Of a DNA stretch of 64,000 bases, positions 41,000-55,484 are shown piece by piece (positions within the stretch are counted from its first letter, which is position 1; the number at the start of each line of letters is the position of its first letter). Source of the DNA: Eledone cirrhosa (taxonomy: Eukaryota); NCBI GenBank assembly GCA_964016885.1, contig OZ024741.1, positions 345,588,001 through 345,652,000 of the forward strand, given 5' to 3'. The notes under the pieces were generated by a model. That model was given only the letters and a program-made list of their open reading frames with translations. It searched no databases and was not told the DNA's origin. The position numbers and the translations under genes are program-made.

Positions 41000-43900
41000 A
41001 AATTTCTTTATTAGCCACAAGGGCACAAAAGAAGGGGACAAATACAAAGGGGGAGTTTACATACAGGTATATGAAAATAAAACTATCAATAAAATAACAA
41101 ATAACAACTGACAACGCAGCCTTCATGCTTTGCGTGGAAGAACTGGTCCAAGGCCGCTCTCGTCGCTAGCACGCTGGCTACGCTGTCACTCCTAAGTGCC
41201 TCTTCTACTTTAACTACCAGTTCCTTTTCGGTCTTATTTTTATCTAACACTAATTCTTTACTAAAACCTATCGAGTCTAATCTAACTGCCCTCTTGAGAG
41301 AGTATCACCATCTGTTGTTGACAATGGCCCCCGTCAAGTGCTGCTTAACTAAAGTGTTAATCCGTCTACTGTAAGTTCAGCTCCCAGTAGCCAGGTCCCT
41401 GTCTATGGGTTCTGTCAAGGTTGACTAAGCAGGTCACTAGTTTGTGATCTGAATAGGCAACCATGGACACTTGTGGACATCTTAACATGTCCCTATCACT
41501 AACTCTAACTAGAAACATATCTAGGTACGATCTAGATGTTCCGCTGTGGCTGGTCCACGTCCACAGTGGCACAGTTGGAAAATCTAGTCGATATCTATCG
41601 GCCAGTTGAAATCGGCCGATTAACTGTTTGAGGCTGTTACACCCCCTCTATCGGGACATGCTCCCACATAGTCCCAACGTGCATCTAGGATTTCATTCCA
41701 GTCCCCCACTAACAGCAGGGAGCGGGACGTTCCCAGAAAAGTCTCTAGACGTTTGAAGAAGTCTGGCCGCGGTGTCCCGGATGGGGCATATGCGGCCACC
41801 AGCCTGAAGGTTCCACCTTCACTACCGTCAACGTCTAGGACCACCAATCGATCCTCCGGGTCCAGATGTACCGTCTGTGTTACGAGGTCCAGGTGTTTCC
41901 GCAGCAAAATGGCAACCCCGTCCCACCTCCCGGCTGACAGAGAGATGCGTATGCGTAGATCACAAAGTAGTCGAAGATGGGGGACAGTTGTCGCTCGCTG
42001 TGGATCCTGGACTCGCAAATGGCTACTACATCTATATTGTGCGACCTGAGGTCATTTAAGAGTTTGCTCTGTTTCCAGGGCATCCCCAGGCCGCGAACAT
42101 TCACACATCCAACTCTTATATTGGCCATGTTGGTGCTGAAAAGTTAAAAGAAGAGGAAAAGAAATCACTCACCTCTTCGTCTCCTGGGGACCAGGCTGCA
42201 CAATTTCCATGGGGGTGTTGGAGAGGTTGTTTGGTGTTGTGGTGGTTTCTAGCGGGGTGGGGACGAAGATGTTTGGTGGGGAGGGTGTGTCTGGTGGAAT
42301 GGGGTTATCTGGAGTGGGGTGGGGAAACATTTTAACAGGACTCGATTGTAGGGTTTGACTCAGGGGTTACCTACGTCATTAGGAAATTTTTCTTTTAACT
42401 CTTTATGTGTGTCCATGGAGGTCCTAATCATTTTAAGATTAGCATTCTCAGAAGAGTGTGTAAAAGTTTTCCCTTCGGTCTCCACCAAAGGGTTTTTATA
42501 TATGGTGTCTGTTAAAGTTTTATTGTTAGTATTTATGTAGGTGTAGCATTTTTGTTGTGTTGTGTTGCTTTTTGTCTGTGGTTCTTGTGTATGTTTACGT
42601 TTTGTAGTAGGTGTTTTGTTTTCGGGAGGGGGTGTTTTTGTTTGTGCTGTTTGCGTCGCTTGTGTTGGTTTTTGTGTGTTTGTTGCATTTTTGTTTGTGT
42701 TATGTCTTTTCTTTTTTCTTTTTACTGGTCGGAAAGGCTCTCCCTCATCGTCGCTGGGTGACGATGATGAGGCCTCATCCGTGTTGTTGGGGAGGGGTAC
42801 ATTTTGAGGAGCTGTTATGTGTGTGTGTGTTTCTGGAGTTGTTTTAGGTGGGGAAGGGTTGAGTGGGACTGTGTTTGTCTGTTTTGTTGTCACTATTTTT
42901 TTTATGTTTTTGTTGTTGTTGTGGTGGTGGTGGTGATTGTTGTGCTGGTGTTGCAGGTGTTGGCAGTAGTGCCTTTTTTTGGCTAGTTAGCCGAGGACAG
43001 GAAGCTCTCAAGTGGTCCCTGCTTAAGCAGTGGTAACATGAGGGCCGCCTACCCTCGACCGAAATGTTTTTGTATATAAGTCCATCCAGCAGCACACGCT
43101 CTGGGATCCTAGCTATTCGTTCTGGTGTCATTTGGACCAGAATTTCCAGGCTAGTTCCGCTGAACAGGTCGCCAGAGGACTTACCTACCGATATTATTGA
43201 GTCTTTTTCGAGGTTTAAAAATCCACATAGTACCCACCAAATATCAATATTTGGTGTGATACTTTGGATTTTTATTTTCCGTGTTCTTTTCCCCATGTAA
43301 GTGGGGAAAAAGGTGAACAACGGTGACACAATTGGCGACACAGAATATTTCTGTGCCGTCAATTGGTCTTTCATCAGAACGGATAAACTCCCGTAGAGTC
43401 TACCCTTCTGAATGAAAGCAATGTCTTTTAAGGCATCTTTTAAAATTAACTCAATTTCGCCTTGTGAAAGTTGAGACGGTTTTCGGGTTTTGTTTGAGAC
43501 TGTCCTGAAAACTACAGTTTTCAAGGCAGTTTCTTTTCGCAAATCTGGGGGAGAGTTTATGGATAATGATCCGTTCTCCCCAAAAGTTATGTATTGTCTG
43601 GCCTTATTCAAAAGCTCATTTACATTTGAAATATCTACCGGAGTGTAGCTTACCGTTTTCTTTACAGTTTGCGCAAATGATATTTTGTCGTTTACCCCCT
43701 TGTTGCAGTTATTGGTCTTGTTGTTGTTGTTATTGTTCTTGTTGTTGGTGTTGTTTTCGTTCATAGTATTGTTGTTGTTGTTGCTGGTGCCGCTGGTTGT
43801 GTGGTTTTTGTTCACACTTTTGGTTTTGGTTCGTTGCCATGGCAACGTCAAGCTGTTGGTCAACAGGTGAAATAAATCCTTCCTCTGGCTGACCTTTGTC

Positions 43901-44197
43901 TGAGACATCTGCTACTATGACAGTGGAAGGGGGAAGCTGTAAGCATATCTTCCCCTTTCCGCCTTCGAATGTTGGTGAAGAAGCTGTTGCCATTTTTTTA
44001 AAAACGTTAGTTTTTCCAAAAACTTTTTATGAACTATTTCGCCTAAAGGCATAGAATATTTTGAGAGACTGACCAGATCAAAATTTGACCTGGCATCCCT
44101 CTACAAATTGGTATAAAAATAAAGGTTCACAGTTAAGAATTTCTATAGAAATTTAAGCAGAACTTACCCAGCAAGTTTCACGCGTGTCCATCCCAGC
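41000..44197 (-). mobile_element. Degenerate, internally deleted Tx1 copy (5' UTR, ORF1, APE region, then jump to 3' UTR)
   Basis: ORF1 homolog with CYHCLSRDHLRASC; APE fragments; deletion after KHEGCVV at ~41112; (GATA)n flanks. Confidence 0.9.
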
Positions 44198-44310
44198 GAA
44201 ATAGATAGATAGCTAGATAAAAAAATAGATAGATAGATACATAGAGAGCGAAAGAGAGAGAGAGAAATAGAGAGAGAGGCGAGAGAGAGAGAGGGGCAGG
44301 AGAGAGATAG

Positions 44311-44345
<35 letters not shown>

Positions 44346-44352
44346 GAGAGAG

Positions 44353-44383
<31 letters not shown>

Positions 44384-44609
44384 ATATTGCCTTCAATCTT
44401 TTTCTTTTTCCGGTATTTGTTCTGGTTGCTGAGCTTGATGGTTCATTCGGTGTGTGTCTTTCTATCGGTTCCAAGTTCGTTGCAGGTATATAATCGGAGA
44501 ATATTTCTTTCGCTTGTACAAATGTAACAGTGCTTCCATAAAACACATAGGTTACTATATAAGCATAGAAATAAATTTTCTATATAGATAATAAACACAA
44601 CCACACGGA

Positions 44610-44905
44610 TATGGTCCGAACGTGTAAGAGCTGAACTCCCACTGTCATCGCCTCCATCTCTCTCGCTCTCCCCATCTCTCTGTATGGTGTGCAAATGGGG
44701 TCCCACGTGCTGGCCTCCCCACAGCCTCGGCGGACAGAATGGAGAAGGCGTTTCCCCGAAAGATGGCAAGGGAAATGCGTTGGAACAGCCATTCCAACTC
44801 GCGAGACACACACCTGCGGCTGGCCAACACAGCGCCGTTGGTGGTGAGTAAGGAGGTAGCCCTAGGGCCAAGGACACCAGAAGTCTCCACTGCCAAATCA
44901 TGTAC
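44610..44905 (-). mobile_element. 3' end of a CRE-clade element (REL C-terminus)
   Basis: AVETSGVLGPRA...RELEWLFQRISLAIFRGNAFSILSA. Confidence 0.7.
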
Positions 44906-44993
44906 AAATTATAGTTGACTGTAATGCTAATTATGCAATAGAAACTACGTTATACGATGACTACAGCCTGATAAGAATCTTTTTTATATATAT

Positions 44994-45441
44994 AAGAGGT
45001 TTTTTTCAGTGAGATATCAAAACATTAATATATTTACAATACCGGTTTCAGCATTAAATGCATTGTCAATTGCGGATATGCAGAATATTGTTAAGTTGCA
45101 TATTTGTACAAATAGTGATAAAGATAATAATGAAGAAAATGAAAATAAAAAGGGGAAGAGAAATTAATTTTCACATACACGTTCATTCAGAGAGGAGAGG
45201 TCATTTCTCTGTCCATCCTACTCTGAAGAAATGACCTCTCTTCTCTGAATGAACATGTATGTGAAAATTAATTTCTCTTCCCCTTTTTATTTTCATTTTC
45301 TTCATTATTATTATTATCATTATTTGTACAAATATGCAACTTAACAATATTCTGCATATCCGCAATTGACAATGCATTTAATGCTGAAACCGGTATTGTA
45401 AATATATTAATGTTTTGATATCTCACTGAAAAAAACCTCTT
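44994..45441. repeat. ~450-bp fold-back palindrome with U3:A8 HHR (plus strand 45362-45399)
   Basis: gcaa-TTGACAA-tgcatt t aatgct-GAAAC-CG-GTA-ttgt; ~85-bp tail then (TA)n. Confidence 0.85.
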
Positions 45442-45522
45442 CAACATTTTCTACTTAAAGAATCTTTTTACTTTCTACTATTTGTTTTTATATATATCAA
45501 CTCGTGTGTTACGTTTCTACAT

Positions 45523-45589
<67 letters not shown>

Positions 45590-45609
45590 ATATATGTATA
45601 CACATACAT

Positions 45610-45680
<71 letters not shown>

Positions 45681-45690
45681 ACACATACAT

Positions 45691-45770
<80 letters not shown>

Positions 45771-46037
45771 TACACATACAATTGAAAATTTGGAACCTAA
45801 ATGTAAAAAAATAACTGCACGAATTGTTGATCACTGGGTAAAATAAACTTAGGTCAGAAAAAAGGATGTTGCTGGCAACGTTTGTCAGTCCATAATTCCA
45901 TAAGAGTATAATACCTGCGATAGACACTTACAATTCTTTTCTAGGATTCCTAAATTTCAAATTTCAAGAATCGTCCAAGCACTTCAATATATATATATAG
46001 GTAAATATATATATATATTGTAAATATAAATATATAT

Positions 46038-46080
46038 ATAATGTTAATATTTAAGTTCTACTTCGGTATTGGGAACTATT

Positions 46081-46174
<94 letters not shown>

Positions 46175-46241
46175 GTATGTAGTTGACGGCCGAGAGAAAA
46201 TAGTTCCCAATACCGAAGTAGAACTTAAATATTAACATTAT
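46038..46241. repeat. 47-bp inverted repeat around (TA)n
   Basis: 46038-46084 / 46195-46241. Confidence 0.8.
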
Positions 46242-48164
46242 TCAAACTAAATAGTGAATTTTGTTACCCCGGAGTTTTGATAGCACTATTACATGAATTT
46301 ACGGAAACCTTATTAAAGTTCCACAGGAATTTCTAATCAAACAAAGGGAAGTTTTCTAATCTGTTGCGCCGGATTTGTACCCCATTTAAGATTCCTTAAA
46401 ATTCTTACCAGTTATCTAGCAATGCAACATCACGACTTTGTTAATAAGAACAAACGCTATACATCATACATACGTAGATTTACAAGAACTGAATGATCAT
46501 GACTTTCAGTAATACATATTAAGTCACAAACTCTTCATATATGACATTTAACCCCAATAACATGCGATGAAGGGTTTTTCTGTCGTTTATACAAACGCTT
46601 TTACACACTCAAATATTCTCACATACACACACAACCACACGCTCGCACACACTCACATATTCTCACATACACGTCCAAACATACAAATACGGTTATGCAC
46701 ATATAATTTCACATAGACTGAATTGAAAATGTTTATCATGCACAACGACATATGTGGAAAATATTTGAGAGGTAAATAATAAAAGAAGTGTGACTGAGAG
46801 ACTTCGACAGACTCACCACCAGGAGTATTGTTGGCGTAATTTTACTGCCACTTTTATTATAAGCACTAGCAGAAAAACCACCCTTCGGCTGGTTTTCTCC
46901 AAGACTGTGTAGTGTGCATATTGATATTATACGCAAATATATATGCTACGCCAAATAGAATTGTAATTAAGAATATGCACAGAAATTGAAGAGAGTCTGC
47001 GTTACACTCTCTTCTGCAATCAGTAAAGTAATCCATGATACATTTAAAAAAGACGATATTATATATAAACTGCATTAAGAGAAAATTAGTGACGGAAATA
47101 TAAGCGATGTAAAAAGTGTTATAATATAACGGACGCTAACTGGAAGTGTTGACATTTGAAAAATTTAAAGAAGAGAATCTTGAAATAAGCAAAGCAATTT
47201 AATTATTTATATTTAATCAAGAGTTACGAAATTTAGTACATAAATTATGTAATATTCATTAATTATTTATTCAAAGTCATCCAACTTATTTTACAAACGG
47301 GATAAAAAAAAAATATATTCAGGACGCAGTCCCGCACTCCTGCCTTTACTATATTATATGTATTTTGCGAATTCTATGCATGAGACTTCATATAATACTG
47401 TAAGTGAGAAATTTAGAAATATCGGGTAAATTATGGACTTAAAAACTTTATCATTCCAAACAAACTACAGGGGCTCTATTAGAAAGGACAAGAAGATTCT
47501 AATAAAGAACTTTCAATTCGAATATAGTCGAGTTTATTTTGTTCAAATCTCAGATGCACACGCTTGTGCACACGCGAACACACACAGGCACACAAACACA
47601 TATATATGTAAATATGTGTGTGTGTTTGTTTTCATTTGCTGTTTTTTGTCTCTCGTATCTTAGCAGTTTGACAAAGAAAATAAAAAAAAAAAGATCCACA
47701 AAATAAACACGAAACTTAGAAAAAGTATTGGGTAAGACATGATCACTTACATCTCTTCAAACTGGTGCCCCAGATTGGCTGCATTCTAATAGTTAAAGGT
47801 TATATATATACATATTTATAGTAGAAAGAGTGGTGTGTTCATGTGCAGAGATATTATAAGGTAGCTTATGAAATAGGATGAAGGCCCTTAAAGACGGAAA
47901 AAGAATTGTGACCGACCGCAACTTCTTTTTCTGTCATTAAGGGACTTTACCCTATTTTATAAGCTAAATTATAGCATCTCAACATACGAGCGAGCGTATC
48001 AAGTTTTATGTTAACTTTATCACCTCAGCACTTCATAAAGGTTCGGGAGATGGGCTACGTATACACGATATATATGAAAGTTCTTATCCGATAAACCTGT
48101 TGAAGAAAGAACACCGAATCTCGTATATCGGATAAGAACTTACAGCTCTTATGTTTTTGATACT

Positions 48165-48230
48165 TTCAGTCAGATGAGATCATATCTGAATATTACATAA
48201 CAGATGCCGTCGAAATACGTATAGCATTGA
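48165..48230 (+). ncRNA. Degenerate HHR-like motif before (TA)n
   Basis: CAGATGA-gat..atctg/cagat..gtc-GAAA-TACGTA-TA. Confidence 0.4.
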
Positions 48231-48355
48231 TTACCTAATATATATATATACATATATATATTGAAATTTCCTATTTCTAAAGAAATACGGTATGTTTATG
48301 GATAAACATTTAGAAAGCCGAAGCTATGCAAATACGAAATGCATGAAGCTAAATC

Positions 48356-48459
<104 letters not shown>

Positions 48460-48848
48460 CCATACATACAAGCATACACAGATATACGTATATACATGTG
48501 GGTGCGTGTTTGTGTAAAATGGATATATGTATTTGTACATGAAAAGAAATACATTCACATTTACGCACACATACATACACAGAAGCACACCATTGTTTGC
48601 ATACAAAATACGTCATTTATTATCGTTTTCGTTAAAATAAATTTATTTCCCCTAAGTTCTTTTTTGTAAAATATAACTAACATGGATTTGCATGGCAGTT
48701 TCGGCAGATCACCGGACAATATATTTGTGGCATATAGCTACGACCCTTTACAACCTGAGTTTAAACAAACTAAACACAACTGTTCTCTGGTTAATCAATC
48801 GTAAAACTATATTGATACGCAGTGATTATAAACACATATTAGAGCATA

Positions 48849-49222
48849 GGGCGGTGGATTGACAGAATCGGTAGAGCGTCGGACACCCTGCTTCGCAGCA
48901 GAGAGTTATGGCCCTTTACGATCTGAGTTCAAATCCCGCCGATGTTAGCTTTAACTTTTATCCTTACGGGCTCGATAAAATAAAGCACCAGTAATTCACT
49001 GAGGTCGATTTAATCGACTTTCCCCTTTCCTTCAAATTATAGGCTTTGTGCCTATAGTAGAAACAATTATATTACGTTCTGAGTTCAAATCCAACCGAGG
49101 TTAGCTTTGCCGTTCATCCTTACAGGGTCGATAATATAAAGTACCAGTAATGCACTGAGTGTGATTTAATCGATTTTCTCCCTCCTTTGAAATTGCTGGC
49201 CTTGTGCTAAAAGTAGAAACAA
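48849..49222 (+). mobile_element. Two tandem SINE copies
   Basis: A/B boxes and core. Confidence 0.85.
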
Positions 49223-49500
49223 TAATACTCAATTGATATATTTAAGAAACGTAATTTCAGACGACATCGAAATTACGTCATATACCTTGAGAATGCAATG
49301 ATGTAATTATGTCATATATCATGAGAATGAAATGATGTAATCATTGAAATAACAGAGCATTACTGATTATTTGTCTATTTGTGTTTGTCTGTCTCTCATT
49401 CATCGTCCATTCCTTCATTCGCGTATTGATTCATTCATGCATTTTTTCATTGTTCTGTCTTTCTCCCTATCATACATACACATACACGCATACGCACACG

Positions 49501-49592
<92 letters not shown>

Positions 49593-49672
49593 CACACACA
49601 CACACACGCACACACATATATATATATATATTGTTATGCTTTGGGAGGGTCATGTTGCCAAATTCAGAAACG

Positions 49673-49713
<41 letters not shown>

Positions 49714-50581
49714 AGGAGGTTATAGTTTACTTGAAGCATTGTGTAATGAGGTATAAACGTTTGTATGTGTATAATAAAGCCAAAACAATGTAGGTATGGA
49801 ATAGAATAAAGAATGCAAATGCAAAAGATATTGTTGACAATTAGTCTTTTACCTTAGATTTATTTAAATGTCCTTAATTTTCGAGATAATATCTCTTCTT
49901 CGGAGGGAAGTAAAGCGGTTAAACCAGTGTTCTAAATAGCTTGCCAAGTCATGCTGACAGGAAATGGTATAGAGTATCTGTTCTATCTCTTATGTCAAAG
50001 AGTTAAGGTTAGGTGGATAAAGAGTAATCTCCCTTAAACATTTTTTTTTTTTTTGTACATGCCTGTTTAAGTGTGTGGGAGAATGCATGAAGGTGAGTGT
50101 GTGTGTGTGAGTGTGAGAAGATATGTATATACGTAAATGTGGGGGATAGATGTTATCTCGTGTTAGAACTGGTCTTTGTGTGTGTATGTGTGTGTGTGAG
50201 AGAGAATAAGTGGTGGTGTAAGCGTGTGTGTGTGTGTGTGTGCGTGCGTGTGTGCGTGTGTGTGTGTGTGTGTGGGGCTGTGTGTGTGTAAATATGGGGC
50301 TAGAAGCTCTATCAAGTTATAAATTGGGTGTTGAGTTCTAGTCTATTATTGATTGGTGGTGGTGTTTTGTCTATAATTAGTGCTTCCTTAATTCTAAGAT
50401 TGCCGAGGTTTCTTTCCTTAGTTTCTATCCTTAGTTTCTTTCCTTACGCCTGAGCCAGGCCCAGTTCACAACTGTAAAGAAACTCTTCCAGCTAACTGAA
50501 AAGCGCGCCAAAGCCGGCTGCCAAATAAACTTCCTAAAATGATGCCTGAATAACAACATCATCCCCAAAACTATCAAAAAT

Positions 50582-52979
50582 GTGCACCTACCAACATGCT
50601 TCAAATCACCAGGCCTCAAAGGATCACTTAGTTACATACAAACATTCTGCCTAAGAAAACTCATACAACACCTACACCGCACGCTACAACAACACATACG
50701 GACTATTTCCAGCCTTGTACCACAACTCGCTGAAACGCCAGAACCTCTGTCCAGAGTTATCTCCGCCGCTATAGTCAGGTCATACCACCATCGCCGAGAC
50801 TACGATAAAATACGCTTAACGCAAACATTTCTCAAACTCAGCACGGCCAACTGTCTTAACAACATCCCAACTCTAAGCACCAACAGAGGCGAACAAGACG
50901 GTACCAACACCAAACCTAGCGGCGCTTCGACCAACAACACACCTGACGCAAAACACCTCGTCACAGACTTGACAGGATCCCTCTCCCGAGAGGAATTAGA
51001 CCTCCTCAGCCTGGGTCCCAAGTTCATATTGAAACAGAGACTGGACGACAAATTATGGCTCGACATAGAAACGAATTTCTGTGGGGCTGCGTACCAACTA
51101 AAATGGATATCGACTCTCGGCAACAACACCACGGAATCTAACAAACCCAGATTCCCGATATACCAACTGGATCGCCCACTCTGTCCACCGCCTGCCAACC
51201 GCGAGCTTGAAGAAAAACTCTCGAGGCTAAAACATTCCGTATTTAACATCTTACGGAAACAGAAGAAGATAACCCCAAATCTCTCCAGGACACAACAACT
51301 CGCCCTGAAGAACCTACGGAATAGGGAACTTATATACTTACCATCCGACAAAGGTAAAGAGTTTTGCGTCATCTCTCAAGCCACATACAACAACCTAGCC
51401 TTTGAACACCTAAGCGACAATGAATTATATACAGAAATCCCGGACATGACTGCAGCCCAGATCGAAAAACAGACCAACTCCATCTGGTTCGATATCTGTA
51501 GGAGAAGACAACTCCCAAATAAAGTTAAGCTCAACTACACCACTAGAAATAGTAGACTGCTCACTTTCTACCACCTCATCAAGACCCACAAGAATAGTAC
51601 TAAGACGCAAATAAGACCCATCGTCTCTAGCATAGAAGGTCCCCTATACAAAATTTCCTGGCTCCTCTCCCAGGTCCTCAAGCCTCTACTCTCCACCTTT
51701 TCCGGGCATGTCAGTAGCTCCGACGAAGTTATACGTAGACTACACCAACTCCAGCCAGAACAACTTAAACTAAATAGATACGCCTTTAGCCTCGACGTTG
51801 TCTCCCTCTACACTACAGTCCCCGCTCACCCAGCTGTCGATTTATTGACGGACTGCGTGGTCGCAGAGGACATCCACTGCTACGCCTTCCATCCGACGGA
51901 CATACACCAGCTTTTGTCCTTCACAGTAGACAACACGTACTTCACCTTCCACCACCACACATACAGACAGACAACAGGATTACCCATGGGATCCCGCCTA
52001 TCGGGCCGGCTGGCAATCACCTATATGAACCAGCTAGAATGCCGAGCCCTCAACACCTGCCATTCCCATACCTTCTTCACCCGATATGTAGATGAAATAC
52101 TCATCCTTACATCATCCCGTGAGGAGGCAGATAAAATATACACAACATTCTCCAGCATGGACGCCAGTATCAAGTTCAGCATGGAACAACCCGATGACCG
52201 CGCATCCCTATCCCTACTGGACTTTCAACTCAGGGTAACAGAGGAAAGCAACATCCACACCTGCTTCTATAATGTACCTTTTCGTACATTTCAAATCGGC
52301 CCTCCCAGCCGGCGCTAAGTTCGGATACATAAGGAACGAACTAACACGTATCCGGAACAAATGCACCGACGCTAGAGACCGAGACACACACGCCACACAT
52401 TTCCTGGAAGTACTCAAACTGAACGGATAAATGACATCCACCACAAACCGTGACAGAAAGAACAGAGGAAACCACACCCGAGGTACTAACACTTGCTTCC
52501 TGAAGCTCCCACACTTCAGTGACGAAACAACAACAGCCATCCGCAGAGCTATCAGACGAGAGGGACTAGATATCCAACTGGCCCACTCAGGTCCTTCTCT
52601 ACGCGGACAGCTAACCAAAAGACACTCCACCCGACATGACAACTGCTGCAGGCTAGCCAACTGCCCCATCAACGACACAGACCTATGCCACCAGGCTTAC
52701 GTCGTATACAGACTAGAGTGTGACAAATGCAGCAACTTCTACGTAGGTAGCACCACCAGACCACTCCACACAAGAATAAAAGAACACCTCAATATTAACG
52801 CTTCCTCATTTAAGAAACACCTAGTTAAATGCAAAAACACCGACAAAACCATAACAGTTAGGATAGAAACTAAGGAAAGAAACCTCGGCAATCGTAGGAT
52901 TAAGGAAGCACTAATTATAGACAAAACGCTTCCACCAATCAATAATAGACTAGAACTCAACACCCAATTTATAACTTGA
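50582..52979 (+). pseudogene. PLE reverse transcriptase plus GIY-YIG endonuclease (YVDE at the active site, frameshift ~52270)
   Basis: LSLGPKF, PSDKG, IKTHK..IRPIVS, SLDVVSLYT, GLPMGS, RYVDE; VVYRLECDKCSNFYVGSTTRPLHTRIKEH. Confidence 0.9.
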
Positions 52980-53365
52980 TAGAGCGTCTAGCCCCATATT
53001 TACACCCCCACACACACGCACACACACACGCACGCACACACACACACACACGCTTACACCACCACTTATTCTCTCTCACACACACACATACACGCACAAA
53101 GACCAGTTCTAACACGAGATAATATCTATCCCCCACATTTACGTATATACATATCTTCTCACACTCACACACTCACATACTTACACCTTCATGCATTCTC
53201 CCACACACTTAAACAGGCATGTACAAAAAACCCTTTTAAAGGGATACTACTCTTTATCCACCTAATCTTAACTCTTTGACATTAGAGATAGAACAGATAC
53301 TCTATACCATGTCCTGTCAGCATGACTTGGCAAGCTATTTAGAACACTAGTATAACCGCTTTACT

Positions 53366-53403
53366 TCCCTCCGAAGAAGAGATATTATCTCGAAAATTAA
53401 GGA
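53366..53403 (+). ncRNA. Ultra-minimal HHR-like motif (C4 variant) in the pseudo-LTR
   Basis: tccct-CCGAAGA-a-gagat att atctc-GAAA-AT-TA-agga; identical in the inverted copy at ~49872-49910. Confidence 0.55.
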
Positions 53404-53927
53404 CATTTAAATAAATCTAAGGTAAAAGACTACTTGTCAACAATATCTTTTGCATTTGCATTCTTTATTCTATGTCCATACCTGCATTGTTTTGGCTTTA
53501 TTATACATATACAAACGTTTATATATATATATATAGAGATGTATATATATGTGGGTGTGTGGGTGTCTGTATGTATATATATATATAAATATAAACACAC
53601 ATACACATACACACACGCACACACATATATATGCAAAAAGTAAATGGAAACAACAAAGCAAACAACACAATACAATGGAGAAATAATATATATATTGTGC
53701 GTGTATGTGTTTGTGTATGCGAAAAGTAAACGGAAAGCAAACAATACAGTACATATTAGTTTAACGCTTGATATAGTAGGAAAAGTGTTGAACGTGTCGA
53801 ACGTAAGTCTTTCATCAGAAGATAGAAGGAGAAATAAAAAAAAGAAATAGAACAGTAGAGTAGAGTGAGAAGATTAAGAAACAAAAAACAAAAAAACAAA
53901 TCGGAAGAAACACGTGTTTTTAGTCAC

Positions 53928-53999
<72 letters not shown>

Positions 54000-54017
<18 letters not shown>

Positions 54018-55412
54018 CTTTGTCTGTTTGTTCCTATGGATTCTCTAACGGCTGGACCAAATCAAATCAAATTTTACAAGACCCCGGGAGTGTCAACATG
54101 TAATTTTTATTTTCATTTGGATTAAACAATATAACATTTTATCTAAAATAATATTTTTATAGTCAACTATAGTAAACCACCACCACCACGATGACGATGT
54201 CACATTCTGTATATGAGTGTGTATGTTTCTGTGAGTGTGTGTGTTTGTGCGTTCGTTACGTACATTAGGCCTCAGAGAATTAAATACACACACATCTACA
54301 CATACATACACATAATGTGTGTGAGTGTAGACGTCACATTTTCTATATGTATGTGTCTGTCTTGGTATATGTATGTGAATGTATGTTAGATTGTATATGT
54401 GTGTGAGTGTATATGAGAGTGTATGTGTGTGTGTGTGTGTATGTGTGTTGACTGACATAACGATATTTTCTTTAGTCAACTATAGTAAACCACGATGACG
54501 ACGACGTCACATTTTGTATATGAGTGTGTATGTGTCTGTGAGTGTGTGTGTGTGTGTGTGTGTTTGCAAGTTCGTCACGCACGTTAGGCCTTAGAGAATT
54601 AAACACACACACACATCTCCACATACATATAGCCTTTGTAAGTTGCATACACTTTATCTTCACACACAGACAATTAACCACACACACATCCATACATACA
54701 GATACATATGTGATGACAGATAGGTGTGCGTGAATGTATATCTGTGTGTGTCTGTCTTAGTATATGTATGTGAGTGTATGTGAGTGTGTGTGTGAGTGTA
54801 TGTGAGAATGTTTGTGTGTGAGTGTATGTGAAAGTGTATGTGTGTGTGAGTGTATGTGTGATAATTTTGATTTTCATTTGGAGTAAAACAGTAGAAAACA
54901 ACACAACGACGTCACATTTTGTATATGAATATGCATGTGTCTGTGAGTGTGTGTGTGTATGTGTGTATGTGTGTATGTGTGTGTGTGTGTGTATTTGCGC
55001 GTTCATTACGTACGTTATTAAACACACACACACATCTAAACACATGTACATATGTGTCCACTGACAAAATATAAAGTGAAAAGCTATGCGTGTGTCTGCA
55101 TGAATGTATATCTGTATGTGTCTGTCTAACTATATGTACATGAGAGTGTATGTGTGTGAGTGTGTTGCAACAATTCATTCATTTGGACACCAACAAAAAA
55201 TTACACAATGAATATTGTTTATCCTAAGGTGCTTCAAGATTGACAGATTTTCATTTCTAAATTCTATTATCATTACAATTTTGATATTTTTTTTTTATAA
55301 AATAAAGATAAGTTGAAATAATTATGAGAAAAAATACATATCTTCATATTTATTGTTTACTAATCTGAATATGAACAGCAGTAACTCGGGCGACGCCGGG
55401 TAATTCAGCTAG
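54000..55412 (+). mobile_element. Non-autonomous Helitron with internal duplicated GT-rich modules
   Basis: 5' ...GTCTGTTTG..AACGGCTGGACC; 3' CTCGGGCGACGCCGGG-TAATTCAG-CTAG. Confidence 0.6.
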
Positions 55413-55444
55413 TATATATATATATATATATATATAATTACCCG

Positions 55445-55475
<31 letters not shown>

Positions 55476-55484
<9 letters not shown>

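Larger units (their letters stand above)
49752..53523 (+). mobile_element. Penelope/Poseidon-type PLE with inverted 5' copy of its 3' end
   Basis: 49752-50433 is the reverse complement of ~52858-53523; RT and GIY-YIG lie between; (TA)n flanks. Confidence 0.9.

Noticed and set aside
47848-48142. Decayed hairpins (47848-47980 and 48078-48142)
   Set aside because: Real but old and mismatched, with no assignable family or ribozyme core.
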